Origin: a virus
Strand: one strand, 5' to 3'
Virus record (IMG/VR): IMGVR_UViG_3300022843_000013
Span: 1-64,000 of that record
DNA length: 64,000 bases
Each line of letters starts with the position of its first letter. Position 1 is the first letter of the stretch. Below the pieces are notes generated by a model. That model searched no databases, was not told the DNA's origin, and was given only the letters and a program-made list of their open reading frames with translations. A program made the translations under genes and the position numbers. Shown piece by piece: positions 1 to 9,613 of the stretch.

Positions 1-348
1 CGGGATAGGCACGCGCACAGGAAGCGAAGCGGGGCGCTCTAGTTTCAGCTTGTGGTAGGCGGCTCTAATCTCCCCGCACCGTAACTCCTCCAGCGCGCGG
101 AGCCTGGCCGCTACGTCTGGTAATTCGTGTGGGCGCGTGTCAGCATTAGTATCAACGCCGAGGCGCCGCGACATGACAGACCCGGCGAGACATTGGTGAC
201 ACACGCCGGCGCTTGGTAAGTGCCAATTAGACATGCGAATCTTAACGCCCTTCAGCTTTTCTTGAAGCGTCAGGTCGTGGATGGCGTCGCGGATCAAGGT
301 CCACGGTTCATTGACGGGCGCAAGAGGCCCGGATTGTTTCAATTTCAT
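1..348 (-). CDS. Hypothetical protein, tandem paralog 3 of the 'CHQCLA' family (3' end outside window)
   Basis: Not in the ORF track. ATG at 348 overlaps the stop of 345..785. Reads MKLKQSGPLAPVNEPWTLIRDAIHDL...GVCHQCLAGSVMSRRLG, matching the two neighbours. Confidence 0.85.
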   Translation of the reverse strand, partial: MKLKQSGPLAPVNEPWTLIRDAIHDLTLQEKLKGVKIRMSNWHLPSAGVCHQCLAGSVMSRRLGVDTNADTRPHELPDVAARLRALEELRCGEIRAAYHKLKLERPASLPVRVPIP

Positions 349-785
349 TGGTTGACTGGTTGTGCCGACTCTAATCGGTCGGCGAGGTCGAGCATAGCGG
401 ACTTGAAGGCGGGCGGGCTGTGGCGGTAGCCCGGGATGTGCACGCGCTCAGGAAGCGTATCGGGGAACTCTAGTTTCAGCCTGCGGTAGGCAACGTTAAC
501 CTCCCCGATGCTGAGCCAGTTCAGCGCGCGGAGCCTGCCCGCTACGTCGTCGGGGTAGTCGAACGGGTCTGCGCGATTATCCGTATCAATACCAAGGTGC
601 CGGGACATGACAGACCTGGCGAGGCACTGGTGACACGCGCCGTTGATAATTGGAACGTGCCAGCCGCTCATATCGACATCGACGCCCTCCTGCTTCTCTT
701 GAAGTTCGAGGTCGTGGATCGCATCGCGGATGAGGGTCCACGGTTCATTGGCGGGCGCGAGTGCCCCGGATTGTTCTAGTATCAT
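345..785 (-). CDS. Hypothetical protein, tandem paralog 2
   Basis: Shares QSGxLAPxNEPWxLIRDAIxDL, GACHQCLAxSVMSRxLG and AFKxxMLxLADxLExAQP with its neighbours. Confidence 0.85.
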   Translation of the reverse strand: MILEQSGALAPANEPWTLIRDAIHDLELQEKQEGVDVDMSGWHVPIINGACHQCLARSVMSRHLGIDTDNRADPFDYPDDVAGRLRALNWLSIGEVNVAYRRLKLEFPDTLPERVHIPGYRHSPPAFKSAMLDLADRLESAQPVNQ

Positions 786-1243
786 AGCTTGGTTTTGGTT
801 GGTTGTGCCGCCTCTAATTGGTCGGCGAGTTTTAGCATGGATGCCTTGAAGGCGGCGTGGCCGTGGTGGTAGTCCGGGATAAACACGCGCTCAGGAATCG
901 AGGAGGGGAGTTCTAGTTTCAGCTCGCGGTAGGCGAAGCCAATCTCCCCGTTGCGGAAATCGTCCAGCGCGCAGAGCCTGTCTCTCACGTCGTCGGGGAA
1001 GTTGAACGGGAAAGCGGAGGCGTCAGTATTAACGCCAAGGCGCCGGGACATGACAGACCCGGCGAGGCACTGGTGACACGCGCCGTCGCGTTGATCGTGC
1101 CACTCGTTCATCGTTCCCCGACTTTCCATCTCGATCTCCACGCCCTCCTGCTGCTCTTGAAGTCCAAGATCGAAAATGGCATCGCGGATGAGATTCCACG
1201 GTTCATTGGTGGGCGCAAGAGGCCCAGATTGTTTTAATTTCAT
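782..1243 (-). CDS. Hypothetical protein, tandem paralog 1
   Basis: Likely start MKLKQSGPLAP at 1243 (ATGA overlap with the upstream gene); same conserved blocks. Confidence 0.85.
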   Translation of the reverse strand: MKLKQSGPLAPTNEPWNLIRDAIFDLGLQEQQEGVEIEMESRGTMNEWHDQRDGACHQCLAGSVMSRRLGVNTDASAFPFNFPDDVRDRLCALDDFRNGEIGFAYRELKLELPSSIPERVFIPDYHHGHAAFKASMLKLADQLEAAQPTKTKL

Positions 1244-1470
1244 TGGTTGTCTTTGGTAGGTTTTAAGCTCCGCGCTCTGTAGCGGCCGCTTATCAAACTC
1301 AGGTGCATCTCTTGAGACTGCAGTCGCTTGATTAGAGAGTCGATCTCGCATTGGTCGAGGTCGTCGTCGACCTCTAACTCTATGCGAGTCATGACCGGCA
1401 GCACGTAAACGCGCCTCTTATCTCCTTTGTTGAACGGGTGGGGGATCGTCTCGTAAGGTAAGTCGCTCAT
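1240..1470 (-). CDS. Hypothetical protein
   Basis: Overlap-coupled to both neighbours. Confidence 0.6.
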   Translation of the reverse strand: MSDLPYETIPHPFNKGDKRRVYVLPVMTRIELEVDDDLDQCEIDSLIKRLQSQEMHLSLISGRYRARSLKPTKDNQ

Positions 1471-1709
1471 TATCCTCCTGGGTTAAGGGTTGCGCGCACG
1501 GCGGCGTCTCGAGCCTCGAGGAGCTTGCGTAAAGTCACGGTCCTCTCCGGTCCCTGCTTGATGCGCGCATCAATAATGCGCGCGAGTGCCCGAAACTCCT
1601 CTGCGACTTTACGCGAGGCGCTCGTAGGCAAGTGCTCGCACGCGAAGAACTTTAGCATGCGCTCTGCGCGGTCCGGTGGTGGGGGTGGTATGTTTTTAGG
1701 TGTTGGCAT
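1470..1709 (-). CDS. Conserved small phage helical protein (HLP...GPERTVxLRKLLEAxDAAVRA family)
   Basis: Recognisable motif from a widespread small phage protein family; function uncertain. Confidence 0.65.
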   Translation of the reverse strand: MPTPKNIPPPPPDRAERMLKFFACEHLPTSASRKVAEEFRALARIIDARIKQGPERTVTLRKLLEARDAAVRATLNPGG

Positions 1710-1713
1710 AATA

Positions 1714-2100
1714 TTAGTCGTATGGATTGCCCATCTTTGAATTCTCGGGCTGGATTCTCTCAGTCACCAACTTAGTATCGACACGCAGCATCCAAGGCTC
1801 TGACCTATCAGCCAATCCCCGCAGCCAATCCTGCGGCGTGGGAACGAACCCGCAGTCCTCAGTGACGTGCTGCTCTGCCACCATCTTCACCGGAACTAGG
1901 GTGCCGTCAGCGTTGGTGATAACGTGCCCGAACAGGGCGACAGCCCACTGCACGCCAGCGGAGTGGTGACGTAGGGCCCGGTGCGTCCAGTCACCGGTGA
2001 ATTGCTTAGTCTCGTCGAAAAACTCATGTATCGGCAGGTAATCCAACACCTCCCCCTTCCATTTACGAACGCTACTTTGAGCGTGTTTTAGCGGAGTCAT
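1714..2100 (-). CDS. DUF6915-like protein
   Basis: HAxSSxRKWxG..DYLPIHxFFDxTK...HRALRHH...AEQHVxED pattern; start MTPLKH at 2100 overlaps the upstream stop. Confidence 0.7.
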   Translation of the reverse strand: MTPLKHAQSSVRKWKGEVLDYLPIHEFFDETKQFTGDWTHRALRHHSAGVQWAVALFGHVITNADGTLVPVKMVAEQHVTEDCGFVPTPQDWLRGLADRSEPWMLRVDTKLVTERIQPENSKMGNPYD

Positions 2101-2432
2101 GGCGCTTCCGTCGCTGGTGCGATTTGTTGAGTGCTGGGCTCTGCGTAGGACGCCTCCATATGCCACTCCTTATGGGTCGCGGTCATAGCGTGCAAGTCAA
2201 ACTCAATGTCGGTCCCGTAGTCGCCTTCGGCGGCGTCGACGCTGTAATCAGACGCGATAGCTTCGACGAGCTCGTCCAGGAATACGGACACGTTGCTCCT
2301 CTCCTCCCACCCGACGACGTCGAAGTAACCTTCGTCCGATCCGCCGCTTGCGTAAAATGTGAAGCGTCCGCACCCGGCAGATTTCATGCGGTCGATCAGA
2401 TCCTGTGGTATGTTTTTGTTTAATCCTTCCAT
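2097..2432 (-). CDS. DUF6878-like protein
   Basis: SGGSDEG motif; adjacent to the DUF6915-like gene. Confidence 0.5.
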   Translation of the reverse strand: MEGLNKNIPQDLIDRMKSAGCGRFTFYASGGSDEGYFDVVGWEERSNVSVFLDELVEAIASDYSVDAAEGDYGTDIEFDLHAMTATHKEWHMEASYAEPSTQQIAPATEAP

Positions 2433-2434
2433 GT

Positions 2435-2857
2435 TTATTGGTTGTTGGTAATATGAGTGGTAGCTTTATATTCATTGAATTCACGACCCGCGTTTCGCCG
2501 GGTCTTCCAAGTGTGCATCGTATTCAGCTGGCCCCCTTCGTGGACCCAGATGAATGTGTTAGTGGCTTTACCGACATCGTTCGCTTTTTGATAAGTCACG
2601 ATCGCGTCAGTAACGTCTACGACGTGCCCAAGCACGTCGCCAGTGGACAGGAAAGCAACCCAGTCCCCCGGCTTCGGCCATGTGTCCGCCACGCCGACGT
2701 AGGGGTCGCGGTCGTAGAACACGACGCCGCTCACCCTGCGATCTTCGATAGAGCGAAGGCCGACGTAGCGCGCTCTTACTTCAGCGTCGCTCCCATCCTC
2801 CGCTTCAAGCGTGGGGCCGCGACGTCCGCCAACTAGTAACAATCTTATTTTACGCAT
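2435..2857 (-). CDS. Hypothetical protein
   Basis: Fits the operon packing. Confidence 0.55.
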   Translation of the reverse strand: MRKIRLLLVGGRRGPTLEAEDGSDAEVRARYVGLRSIEDRRVSGVVFYDRDPYVGVADTWPKPGDWVAFLSTGDVLGHVVDVTDAIVTYQKANDVGKATNTFIWVHEGGQLNTMHTWKTRRNAGREFNEYKATTHITNNQ

Positions 2858-2912
2858 TTACGTCTAGGTTTGTTTTGTAAGCGGGGCGATCCCCACTCCT
2901 TCAGCTGGTAAT

Positions 2913-3422
2913 TCATGACTTGGAGAGTTTCTCAATTACGGATTTCATAGTCTGGGACGCGTCCCAGTGGTAGTCCATCTCCGTGTGAAACGACCCGCCA
3001 GCTGCGAGTATACCTCCCAAATCGATGTAACCGTATTCGGCACACTCGGGCATCCCGGACAGACGAGCGTAGCCTAATGCTTGAGACTGCTCTCTCATTC
3101 CTGCGGACTTCTCCTTCTTAGTAAGGGGGACGTCTTTGGCGATGATCCACCAGTCCCCCGCGGGGTGGAAGTAGTGCAGCGCCGCGCTTGGCTCGTCCGC
3201 ATCCTTGTCGGTCACGGTCGGCATCTCGGCGATGGCCGCGTGCACCTTAGCGATCACCTCGATGTAGCTGTCGCCGTCGCCGCCTCCTAAGATTAGTTCA
3301 GCCGTGGTCTTGGCCTGCACGCGATGCATGAAACCGGCGTCCCATATTTCCTGAATTTGAGCGACCGCTGCTCCTTTCCTTTTTGATAAGTTTTTGTAAT
3401 TAAACATGTCTTCAATTTTCAT
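2913..3422 (-). CDS. DUF2958-like protein
   Basis: HYF...DWWI...GYA.L...EYGYIxL motif. Confidence 0.55.
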   Translation of the reverse strand: MKIEDMFNYKNLSKRKGAAVAQIQEIWDAGFMHRVQAKTTAELILGGGDGDSYIEVIAKVHAAIAEMPTVTDKDADEPSAALHYFHPAGDWWIIAKDVPLTKKEKSAGMREQSQALGYARLSGMPECAEYGYIDLGGILAAGGSFHTEMDYHWDASQTMKSVIEKLSKS

Positions 3423-3453
3423 TGTTTTTTATTTTTGTTTTTGTGATCCCCTA

Positions 3454-3765
3454 TCAAATTAGGCGGTAGGGGCGCCCTTTACTCTGCGGCCGACTCCAGA
3501 AGCGATTATCAGATCCCTCCTGCACGTCAGCGCGCACTGAAAAGTCGCTGGATTTTAGTTGAGTCCCTCGCAGGAGGTTCTCCAGCTCTACCGATATTCG
3601 GTTAAGAGCGTCACGCATCGTCACGTCATTCTCCAGCGTGAAGGATCGCACGACGTCGCAAGCAGGGTTTATATCGCCTAGGATGCAGGCAGCAGCCCGG
3701 ACGTCTGCCGGGGTGTGTAGCGGGCCCTCGTGGAACGCGAATTTAATCGGTGTGAGTATTTTCAT
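3454..3765 (-). CDS. Hypothetical protein
   Basis: ORF with A-rich leader. Confidence 0.55.
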   Translation of the reverse strand: MKILTPIKFAFHEGPLHTPADVRAAACILGDINPACDVVRSFTLENDVTMRDALNRISVELENLLRGTQLKSSDFSVRADVQEGSDNRFWSRPQSKGRPYRLI

Positions 3766-3997
3766 TTGGTTGGTTGGTTAGTTCTATGATGTCGTCCCCG
3801 GATAAACCGTGCGTCATCAGATACTGTATTTTTGACTTGATCCCGTTTTCGCAGACCTCCTCCGCAAGTTTCGCCGCGACGACCTTAACCTCCCGTCCTA
3901 GCGCGAGACTCGCCTCGGGACTATCCGGTAAATCTCCCAAGACGAGACCCACTTGGTAAGCTAGCCACGCACGATACTCGCTATCTTGTCCCATCAT
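3743..3997 (-). CDS. Hypothetical protein
   Basis: Fits the operon packing. Confidence 0.5.
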   Translation of the reverse strand: MMGQDSEYRAWLAYQVGLVLGDLPDSPEASLALGREVKVVAAKLAEEVCENGIKSKIQYLMTHGLSGDDIIELTNQPNENTHTD

Positions 3998-4165
3998 TTA
4001 GCACCTCCGACTACGGTAAGACGAGACTCCACCCACCACGTCGGCGCGAGAGTTTCCCGCTTGAGTCCGTCGAAGTAGCGCCCGACCTTGGTTAGGTATC
4101 CCTGAGACACGGCGGCTTTGATTGGTTTATATTGTTTATTTGAATTCATTTTGTTATCGTTAAAT

Positions 4166-4198
4166 GAAACAGGGCGACCTAGCGGGACGCCCTGTTTC
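4166..4198. terminator. Stem-loop, probable terminator
   Basis: GAAACAGGGCG...CGCCCTGTTTC inverted repeat downstream of the exonuclease gene. Confidence 0.55.
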
Positions 4199-4219
4199 TC
4201 GTCGAATTGCTAAGTCCCG

Positions 4220-4855
4220 CTACGGGACTAAGGGAGGCGCGTAGTCCTCGCCCTCTAGGGGTTTAACGCTAGGCGTGCTTCCGATGTAGCCTTTCAGCTC
4301 TGGGACGGCGCCAGCGTCCACCAGGTAGTCCAGTAAGACACGCGTGCCGCGGACGTCAGCGAGCGCGTCGTGCGCGCCCTGGAGGTCGTGCCCGCACAGG
4401 ATCTTAAGCGCCTCGGCTAATCCGGGCCATTTGTAATCGTCATACTTACCTGGTAGTTTGCAGAGGTCCTTCGACCCCAGCATTGTGCAGTAGGTGGACT
4501 TCCACTCGCACGGTCCGTGATTGTCGAGCCGTTTTAAGTTGGCGTCCACGACGGGCTGGTCGTATCTCAGGTTGTGACACACCAGAAGGTCAGCGTGCTG
4601 GGCCTGTCCGGCGACCCACTTAAGCACAGCGGCGGCGGGGAAGCCCCGAGACGCCGCAACATCAGAGATGCCGTGAACACGCATTGCCCCGCTCGGTATT
4701 GGGATTGGGCATCGCAAAATCGCCATCCTCTCTTGGATGAGGACCGGCGAATCCGTCTTCGAGTAGGCTATAGTCTGCAGCGCGATCTGGACGATGTGCG
4801 GGTCGCTCTCTAGCCTGCCCGTAGTTTCCGTATCCATTATTATAACAGTTTTCAT
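4220..4855 (-). CDS. DnaQ-like DEDDh 3'-5' exonuclease
   Basis: ExoI DTETTG, ExoII HNLRYD, ExoIII HDALAD. Confidence 0.9.
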   Translation of the reverse strand: MKTVIIMDTETTGRLESDPHIVQIALQTIAYSKTDSPVLIQERMAILRCPIPIPSGAMRVHGISDVAASRGFPAAAVLKWVAGQAQHADLLVCHNLRYDQPVVDANLKRLDNHGPCEWKSTYCTMLGSKDLCKLPGKYDDYKWPGLAEALKILCGHDLQGAHDALADVRGTRVLLDYLVDAGAVPELKGYIGSTPSVKPLEGEDYAPPLVP

Positions 4856-4875
4856 GACTGGTCGACGTTATTGAT

Positions 4876-5430
4876 TCACCTGTTTGGGACAAGGATAACC
4901 TTGTGCTGGTAGAGCACGACGTCGTGGGAGTCAGACAGGTAATTCTTAAAGTCGGCGGCGTGTCTCCCGTCGCCTACGAACTCTCGCACTAACGCGCAGT
5001 CTTGCGGCAGCGTGATACGGCGGGACGAAGCGTCACCGACGAACAGGTTGAATCCGTAGGCCGGCAGGGGTTGATGGGACCGGGTGAGTAGCGCATGCAT
5101 GAGGTTTCTCAACCCACGTAGAATGTCCGCAACGCTAACAGGCACCTCGGTGGGTATGCCCCAGCCAAGAGGGTAATACGGGACGCCTGATTGCTCGTGA
5201 AGATCGGACCAGTCGGATGCGTTGCTAAACTCGCGCAGCTCCTGATTGAAGAACTCCGCGCCGGACCCCTCCAGCTCTTCGTAGAGGTATAGGTAGTCCT
5301 CCTCGGAGATTAATCGCATCGCGTCAGCAATGGCAGGGGATGAGTCGAGCAGCTCGCGCAGGGTGAGCCAGCCTTCCTCTCGCATCACGGTTTCGGAAGA
5401 GAGGGCGGGTGGTATGGTTATTTTTGACAT
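4876..5430 (-). CDS. Hypothetical protein
   Basis: Likely start MSKITIPP near 5430. Confidence 0.5.
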   Translation of the reverse strand: MSKITIPPALSSETVMREEGWLTLRELLDSSPAIADAMRLISEEDYLYLYEELEGSGAEFFNQELREFSNASDWSDLHEQSGVPYYPLGWGIPTEVPVSVADILRGLRNLMHALLTRSHQPLPAYGFNLFVGDASSRRITLPQDCALVREFVGDGRHAADFKNYLSDSHDVVLYQHKVILVPNR

Positions 5431-5951
5431 ATTTCTTTGAGTTTGGCGGCCAACTTCGGGTTGACCGGAGACAGGGTTTCTTCGGTCGGGGCCGCAAGCG
5501 GATCCGCGTTGAACAACGCGTAGCGCTTCAAGTAGAATTCCACCAGCACGTAACCGTGACGATCCAACCTTCGTAGACTCACCGGCGTCACGCATTGCGT
5601 AACGTAGGCGATCAGCGCCTCGCGCGCCTTGCTACGAAAGAAGGAAGCACGCTTGGACGCCAGCTCATCCTTCGCGCTATGCCCGCGGGTGCGATCTTCC
5701 ACGCCCAGCATCGCCTCGAGAAGGACGTGATCCATTTCCAGCAGTAACATCGTGTCCTCGGCACCTAAAGTCAGACCGCACGATGTGATGGCTTCGACGC
5801 GGCAAGAGTCAGGGTCCGAAAGACCTCCGAGCGCACGGTAGGCGTCCCGTAAGCGTATCATCTCACGGAAACTGCCGACCGACCCAATCCCGTTCTCGAA
5901 GTGGTCGTCGGGACGGTCGGGCGCCATCTCTAGTGCGTAATATTCGCTCAT
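5418..5951 (-). CDS. Hypothetical protein
   Basis: Fits the operon packing. Confidence 0.55.
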   Translation of the reverse strand: MSEYYALEMAPDRPDDHFENGIGSVGSFREMIRLRDAYRALGGLSDPDSCRVEAITSCGLTLGAEDTMLLLEMDHVLLEAMLGVEDRTRGHSAKDELASKRASFFRSKAREALIAYVTQCVTPVSLRRLDRHGYVLVEFYLKRYALFNADPLAAPTEETLSPVNPKLAAKLKEICQK

Positions 5952-5953
5952 AG

Positions 5954-6754
5954 TTACGGGCGATTCGTGACGAAGTGCACGAGGAATTCATAAACGCCAG
6001 CTTTCCTCAGGTAAGTAAGGAGTGTGGCAGCAGCGTCTCCCCCCCAGCGCGCCCCAAACTTGGGCGCGTCCGTCCCAGGAATCCTACCGACTCCTGAAAT
6101 TAACTGGACCAAGTCATCCTCGCTTGCCAGATCATAGGCGTCAACCCACGCGCGCAATGTCTCGACGTCAGACACTTCGCCGGAAAAGAGATCCCCGGCG
6201 AAGTAGAACGTGGGCCACGGCGTGCCGTGTCCCTGCTCGACGGGGCTTTCCGCTTTATCGTCGTTCGTAGCTCCGACTAGGACGAATGGGTCACCCGTCA
6301 GCATCACAGCGATGGGGATGTGCACTTGGCCCTTACCGTCCGGCGCGTCAGTGATGACACAGAGAGTTGAGACCTCCTCCGCTGAAGCGCGGAGGGTCGT
6401 AGGAGTCATCAACACGCGCCCATGTTTCAAGGCCTGCTGCAATACGATGAAGCCCTCCTTGTTACGATTCAACGGCGACAGTCCCTTAAGGTCCTCGAAC
6501 GACGGAAGATCGGTAACCGCCGGGGGCGGCTGCGTGACGGTGTATACGACGCAGGTGCCGCTAGGGTCCCCGGTGTAGGTCAGACTCCCTTGCGCGCGGT
6601 CAGGTTCGCGGAAAACTTCAGGCAGCGGGTCGCCCGGGTCTAGCGTGAGGGCCCTGCGGACGGCGTCCATGGCTGCGTGGTAGCTTGAGTGCGCAGAAGT
6701 GGCAGCGTTCTCCAGGTCTCCGTTTAAGGTTGTGACTATGTGTAATGATTTCAT
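5954..6754 (-). CDS. Hypothetical protein
   Basis: Long ORF, overlap-coupled. Confidence 0.6.
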   Translation of the reverse strand: MKSLHIVTTLNGDLENAATSAHSSYHAAMDAVRRALTLDPGDPLPEVFREPDRAQGSLTYTGDPSGTCVVYTVTQPPPAVTDLPSFEDLKGLSPLNRNKEGFIVLQQALKHGRVLMTPTTLRASAEEVSTLCVITDAPDGKGQVHIPIAVMLTGDPFVLVGATNDDKAESPVEQGHGTPWPTFYFAGDLFSGEVSDVETLRAWVDAYDLASEDDLVQLISGVGRIPGTDAPKFGARWGGDAAATLLTYLRKAGVYEFLVHFVTNRP

Positions 6755-7078
6755 TCTGTTTCTTTGTCGGTTGCGGGCGCCTTCTGCGCGGTTCCTTCGC
6801 TTAACGCCGCGTAGCGTTCCAGCATCGCGGCTCTCTCGTCTTTGGTTGACACTGGCAGGTCCACCTCTCCTGTGTGCGTCGTGTCATGCGCCGCGTCCCA
6901 GAAGCGTAGATCAGTGACGTTATCGCGCAGCCATGGCCTGACCGCTTCGATGACGCGGGGCAGCATGTGGGTCATCAGACCTTCACCGCCCGTAATGGTT
7001 TCAAGATCTTTATACACGTGCTGCATCTCGGTGTGGAGGCGGCCAGTCGTCAGGTTTCTCAATCGTTGTATGTTCATG
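6751..7078 (-). CDS. Conserved hypothetical phage protein
   Basis: MNIQRLRNLTTGRLHT...GLMTHMLP; likely start near 7078. Confidence 0.55.
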
Positions 7079-7136
7079 TTGGTTCGTTTATTTAATTTGT
7101 CGTATTCGTCGGCTGCCCAAGAGCAGGAGGGGCGTC

Positions 7137-7445
7137 TTAAAGCCACAATGCTAGCTCTTCTTCGGTCATACCGTTGACCCTTTCAGCCACCTCTCTAGAT
7201 CCTCCTTCCGCCCCGTAAGCCTTGCACACGCGCTGGCGCATTCTCAACATTTCTAGGTTCTGCATTATAGGCGGGAGTTCTCTGACTTCCACTCTCGTTC
7301 TTGTTGGATACCAAGATTTTATATGGCACGGCGTGCACGTCGTGAAAAGTTTCGAGTAGTCGGAGGCCTTCCCCCCATAACGCGCCGCCCGCTCGGTAGC
7401 GGACGGCGCAAGGATGATGGGGCTTCCGCAGGCGGCGCACTTCAT
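7137..7445 (-). CDS. Zn-ribbon protein
   Basis: CAAC and CTPC cysteine pairs. Confidence 0.5.
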   Translation of the reverse strand: MKCAACGSPIILAPSATERAARYGGKASDYSKLFTTCTPCHIKSWYPTRTRVEVRELPPIMQNLEMLRMRQRVCKAYGAEGGSREVAERVNGMTEEELALWL

Positions 7446-9583
7446 GACCCTATCAGGGCTTTGAGGTCGTCCTCCGTTAAGACTGCTACACCAAGGTCAT
7501 TGGCCTTCTTCAGTTTAGACCCAGCCTTTTCACCGGCCACTAAGTAGTCAGTCTTTTTGGAGACGCTGCTTCCTGCCGTGCCGCCCGCGTCCGTTATCCA
7601 CTTCTGAATCACAGACCTAGACTCGCTGAGCGTGCCGGTGACTACAAACGTTTTTCCGGCCAGCGCTCCCGAAGGTTCGGACGGTAAAGGGTCGTAGTTG
7701 TCAGAGACGACGCTATCCGGGATGGCGCGCATGTAGTCTCGGTTGACGACGTCACCGCAGAACTCCACGAGCTTGCGGACCGAGACGGGTCCTAGGTGGT
7801 GGCTGATACCGAACGTCGCCTTGGTTGCACTGAAGGTGGCTTCGTCGTCGAGCATAGCCTTGAACAGCCCGGTAGGAGATACGCATGCCAGGATGACGTC
7901 CTCGCGTGTCCTGCATAATCGGCTAATCTCCTTCGACGTGTTCTTACCGACCGCTGGTATTCCCAGAGACGCCAGCCACCGACTCAGGGGCAGTTCGCTG
8001 GCGCGCTGTATGGCTTGATACACCTTCTGCCCACGCGACTTACCCATCGTCATCTTACCCCCTGATTGCGTCGGCCAGGTAAGGCTAGCGAAGAGAGTAT
8101 CCGGCCAAAGGAGGACGGTGAATGGGTGCGGGATGCGTAAGGCGGCGACCGCTACGGCCGCCTCGCCTCCGAGCATGTCGAGGTCGAGGCACGCGCGTGA
8201 CGCCATGTGCTCGATGCGCGCAGCCATCTGCGCTGAGCACGACGGATCCAAACACGCGTAGGAAGCGAGTGTCCCACGCTTATCGGAACTCTTATCCGCA
8301 TTCATACGCAGTCCCACGTCAGCAGACCCGCAACGCGGACACTTTCCGCCGACGTGCCCGAGAAGCGAGAACGGAGGGCGAATTTCGCCTTTCTTCGATT
8401 CGATCTCGCGGTGAGTCACAGACTCAACCAACTGCGGGATGACACCCCCAGCTTTCTGAATGACGACGCGGTCTCCCACGCAGAGATTTAGTCGGTTGAC
8501 CTGGTCCTCGTTGTGGAGCGTGACGCGCGAGACGACAGACCCATCAACCTCCACCGGGTCGAGTTCCCCAACCGGTGTCAGCGTTCCTGTCCGTCCGACC
8601 TGCACGGTGATCGCGTTTAGTGTCGTCTCGACCTGCTCTTGCTTGAACTTGAGAGCGACAGCCCACCGCGGCGCGCGCGACGTCTCGCCCATCAGCGCGC
8701 GCTCGGCGGCGCCGTCCAGCTTGAACACGAGACCGTCCGTGGGGATCCATGAACCAAAGGATCCGAACAGGTGCTCGAACAGAGAAGATCCAAGGCGCCC
8801 CTCCAACTCCTCCAGCGAACCCAAAAATCTCCGACGCGGGACGAACCTCATGCCGTCGAGTCGCTGGGCTGCTGCCGAGTATGATCCCCCCTCTAGGTCT
8901 ACGACTCCGTGTGCTAGGAAGCTCAAGTGATGCGCCTCCGAGGGGTCGCTGCGCCGTAGGATGCCGGCGGCGGCGTTTCGGGGGTTGGCGTATGGGGGAT
9001 CGCCTGCGGCTACCCGCACCTTGTTCAACGCTGCGAGTACATCGTAGGCCATAAAGACCTCGCCGCCCACCTCGGTAGTGTTACCCGACGCCGGCGCCAC
9101 ATTCATATGAAGGGGGACCAGCTTGCCCGCGCGCACGTTGGCGGTGACGTCTTCCCCGTAGAACCCGTCACCCCTAGTGGCTGCTAATTTTAGATGACCG
9201 TCCACGTAAGTCAGACGGACGCTGAGTCCGTCGATCTTGGGCTCCGCCACGATGGCGCACATCCCGAGCGAATTACGCTTGGATAGTAGCCACGCCAGCA
9301 GCTCGGTGATGCTGTCGTTCTCCCCTACGAATACGTTGTCGAGTGACAGCATAGGCTCGGAGTGGCGCACCTTAGATCCGGATGTCGAAACTGCTCCTAC
9401 TTTATCTAGGATCGTGCACTCCCACACCGGGTCGTCTGGATTCTCTGCGCGTGCGGCGGCGTGCTCCCTCCAGTGCTTGTCCCACACCGCGTCGGTCATA
9501 CCGTCGGTTGATGCGCCGTTGTGGTAGGCGGCGGCGGCCTTCGTGAGGAGTTCTTCTCTGTCTTTGATTATTTTAGCTTTCAT
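7442..9583 (-). CDS. ligA: NAD-dependent DNA ligase
   Basis: HSEPMLSLDN, adenylation motif EPKIDG, TRGDG..GEDVT, NPRNAAAG, DGLVFK, QVGRTG, Zn finger, C-terminal BRCT (VSKKTDYLVAGEKAGSKL). Confidence 0.97.
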   Translation of the reverse strand: MKAKIIKDREELLTKAAAAYHNGASTDGMTDAVWDKHWREHAAARAENPDDPVWECTILDKVGAVSTSGSKVRHSEPMLSLDNVFVGENDSITELLAWLLSKRNSLGMCAIVAEPKIDGLSVRLTYVDGHLKLAATRGDGFYGEDVTANVRAGKLVPLHMNVAPASGNTTEVGGEVFMAYDVLAALNKVRVAAGDPPYANPRNAAAGILRRSDPSEAHHLSFLAHGVVDLEGGSYSAAAQRLDGMRFVPRRRFLGSLEELEGRLGSSLFEHLFGSFGSWIPTDGLVFKLDGAAERALMGETSRAPRWAVALKFKQEQVETTLNAITVQVGRTGTLTPVGELDPVEVDGSVVSRVTLHNEDQVNRLNLCVGDRVVIQKAGGVIPQLVESVTHREIESKKGEIRPPFSLLGHVGGKCPRCGSADVGLRMNADKSSDKRGTLASYACLDPSCSAQMAARIEHMASRACLDLDMLGGEAAVAVAALRIPHPFTVLLWPDTLFASLTWPTQSGGKMTMGKSRGQKVYQAIQRASELPLSRWLASLGIPAVGKNTSKEISRLCRTREDVILACVSPTGLFKAMLDDEATFSATKATFGISHHLGPVSVRKLVEFCGDVVNRDYMRAIPDSVVSDNYDPLPSEPSGALAGKTFVVTGTLSESRSVIQKWITDAGGTAGSSVSKKTDYLVAGEKAGSKLKKANDLGVAVLTEDDLKALIGS

Positions 9584-9613
9584 CGTTGTTGTTGTTTTCG
9601 TTTATTTTTCATC

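Noticed and set aside
7100-7146. Possible attC left-arm relic (antisense RRPSCS) before the 6751 gene
   Set aside because: It lacks the AAC core and a partner arm; too weak.
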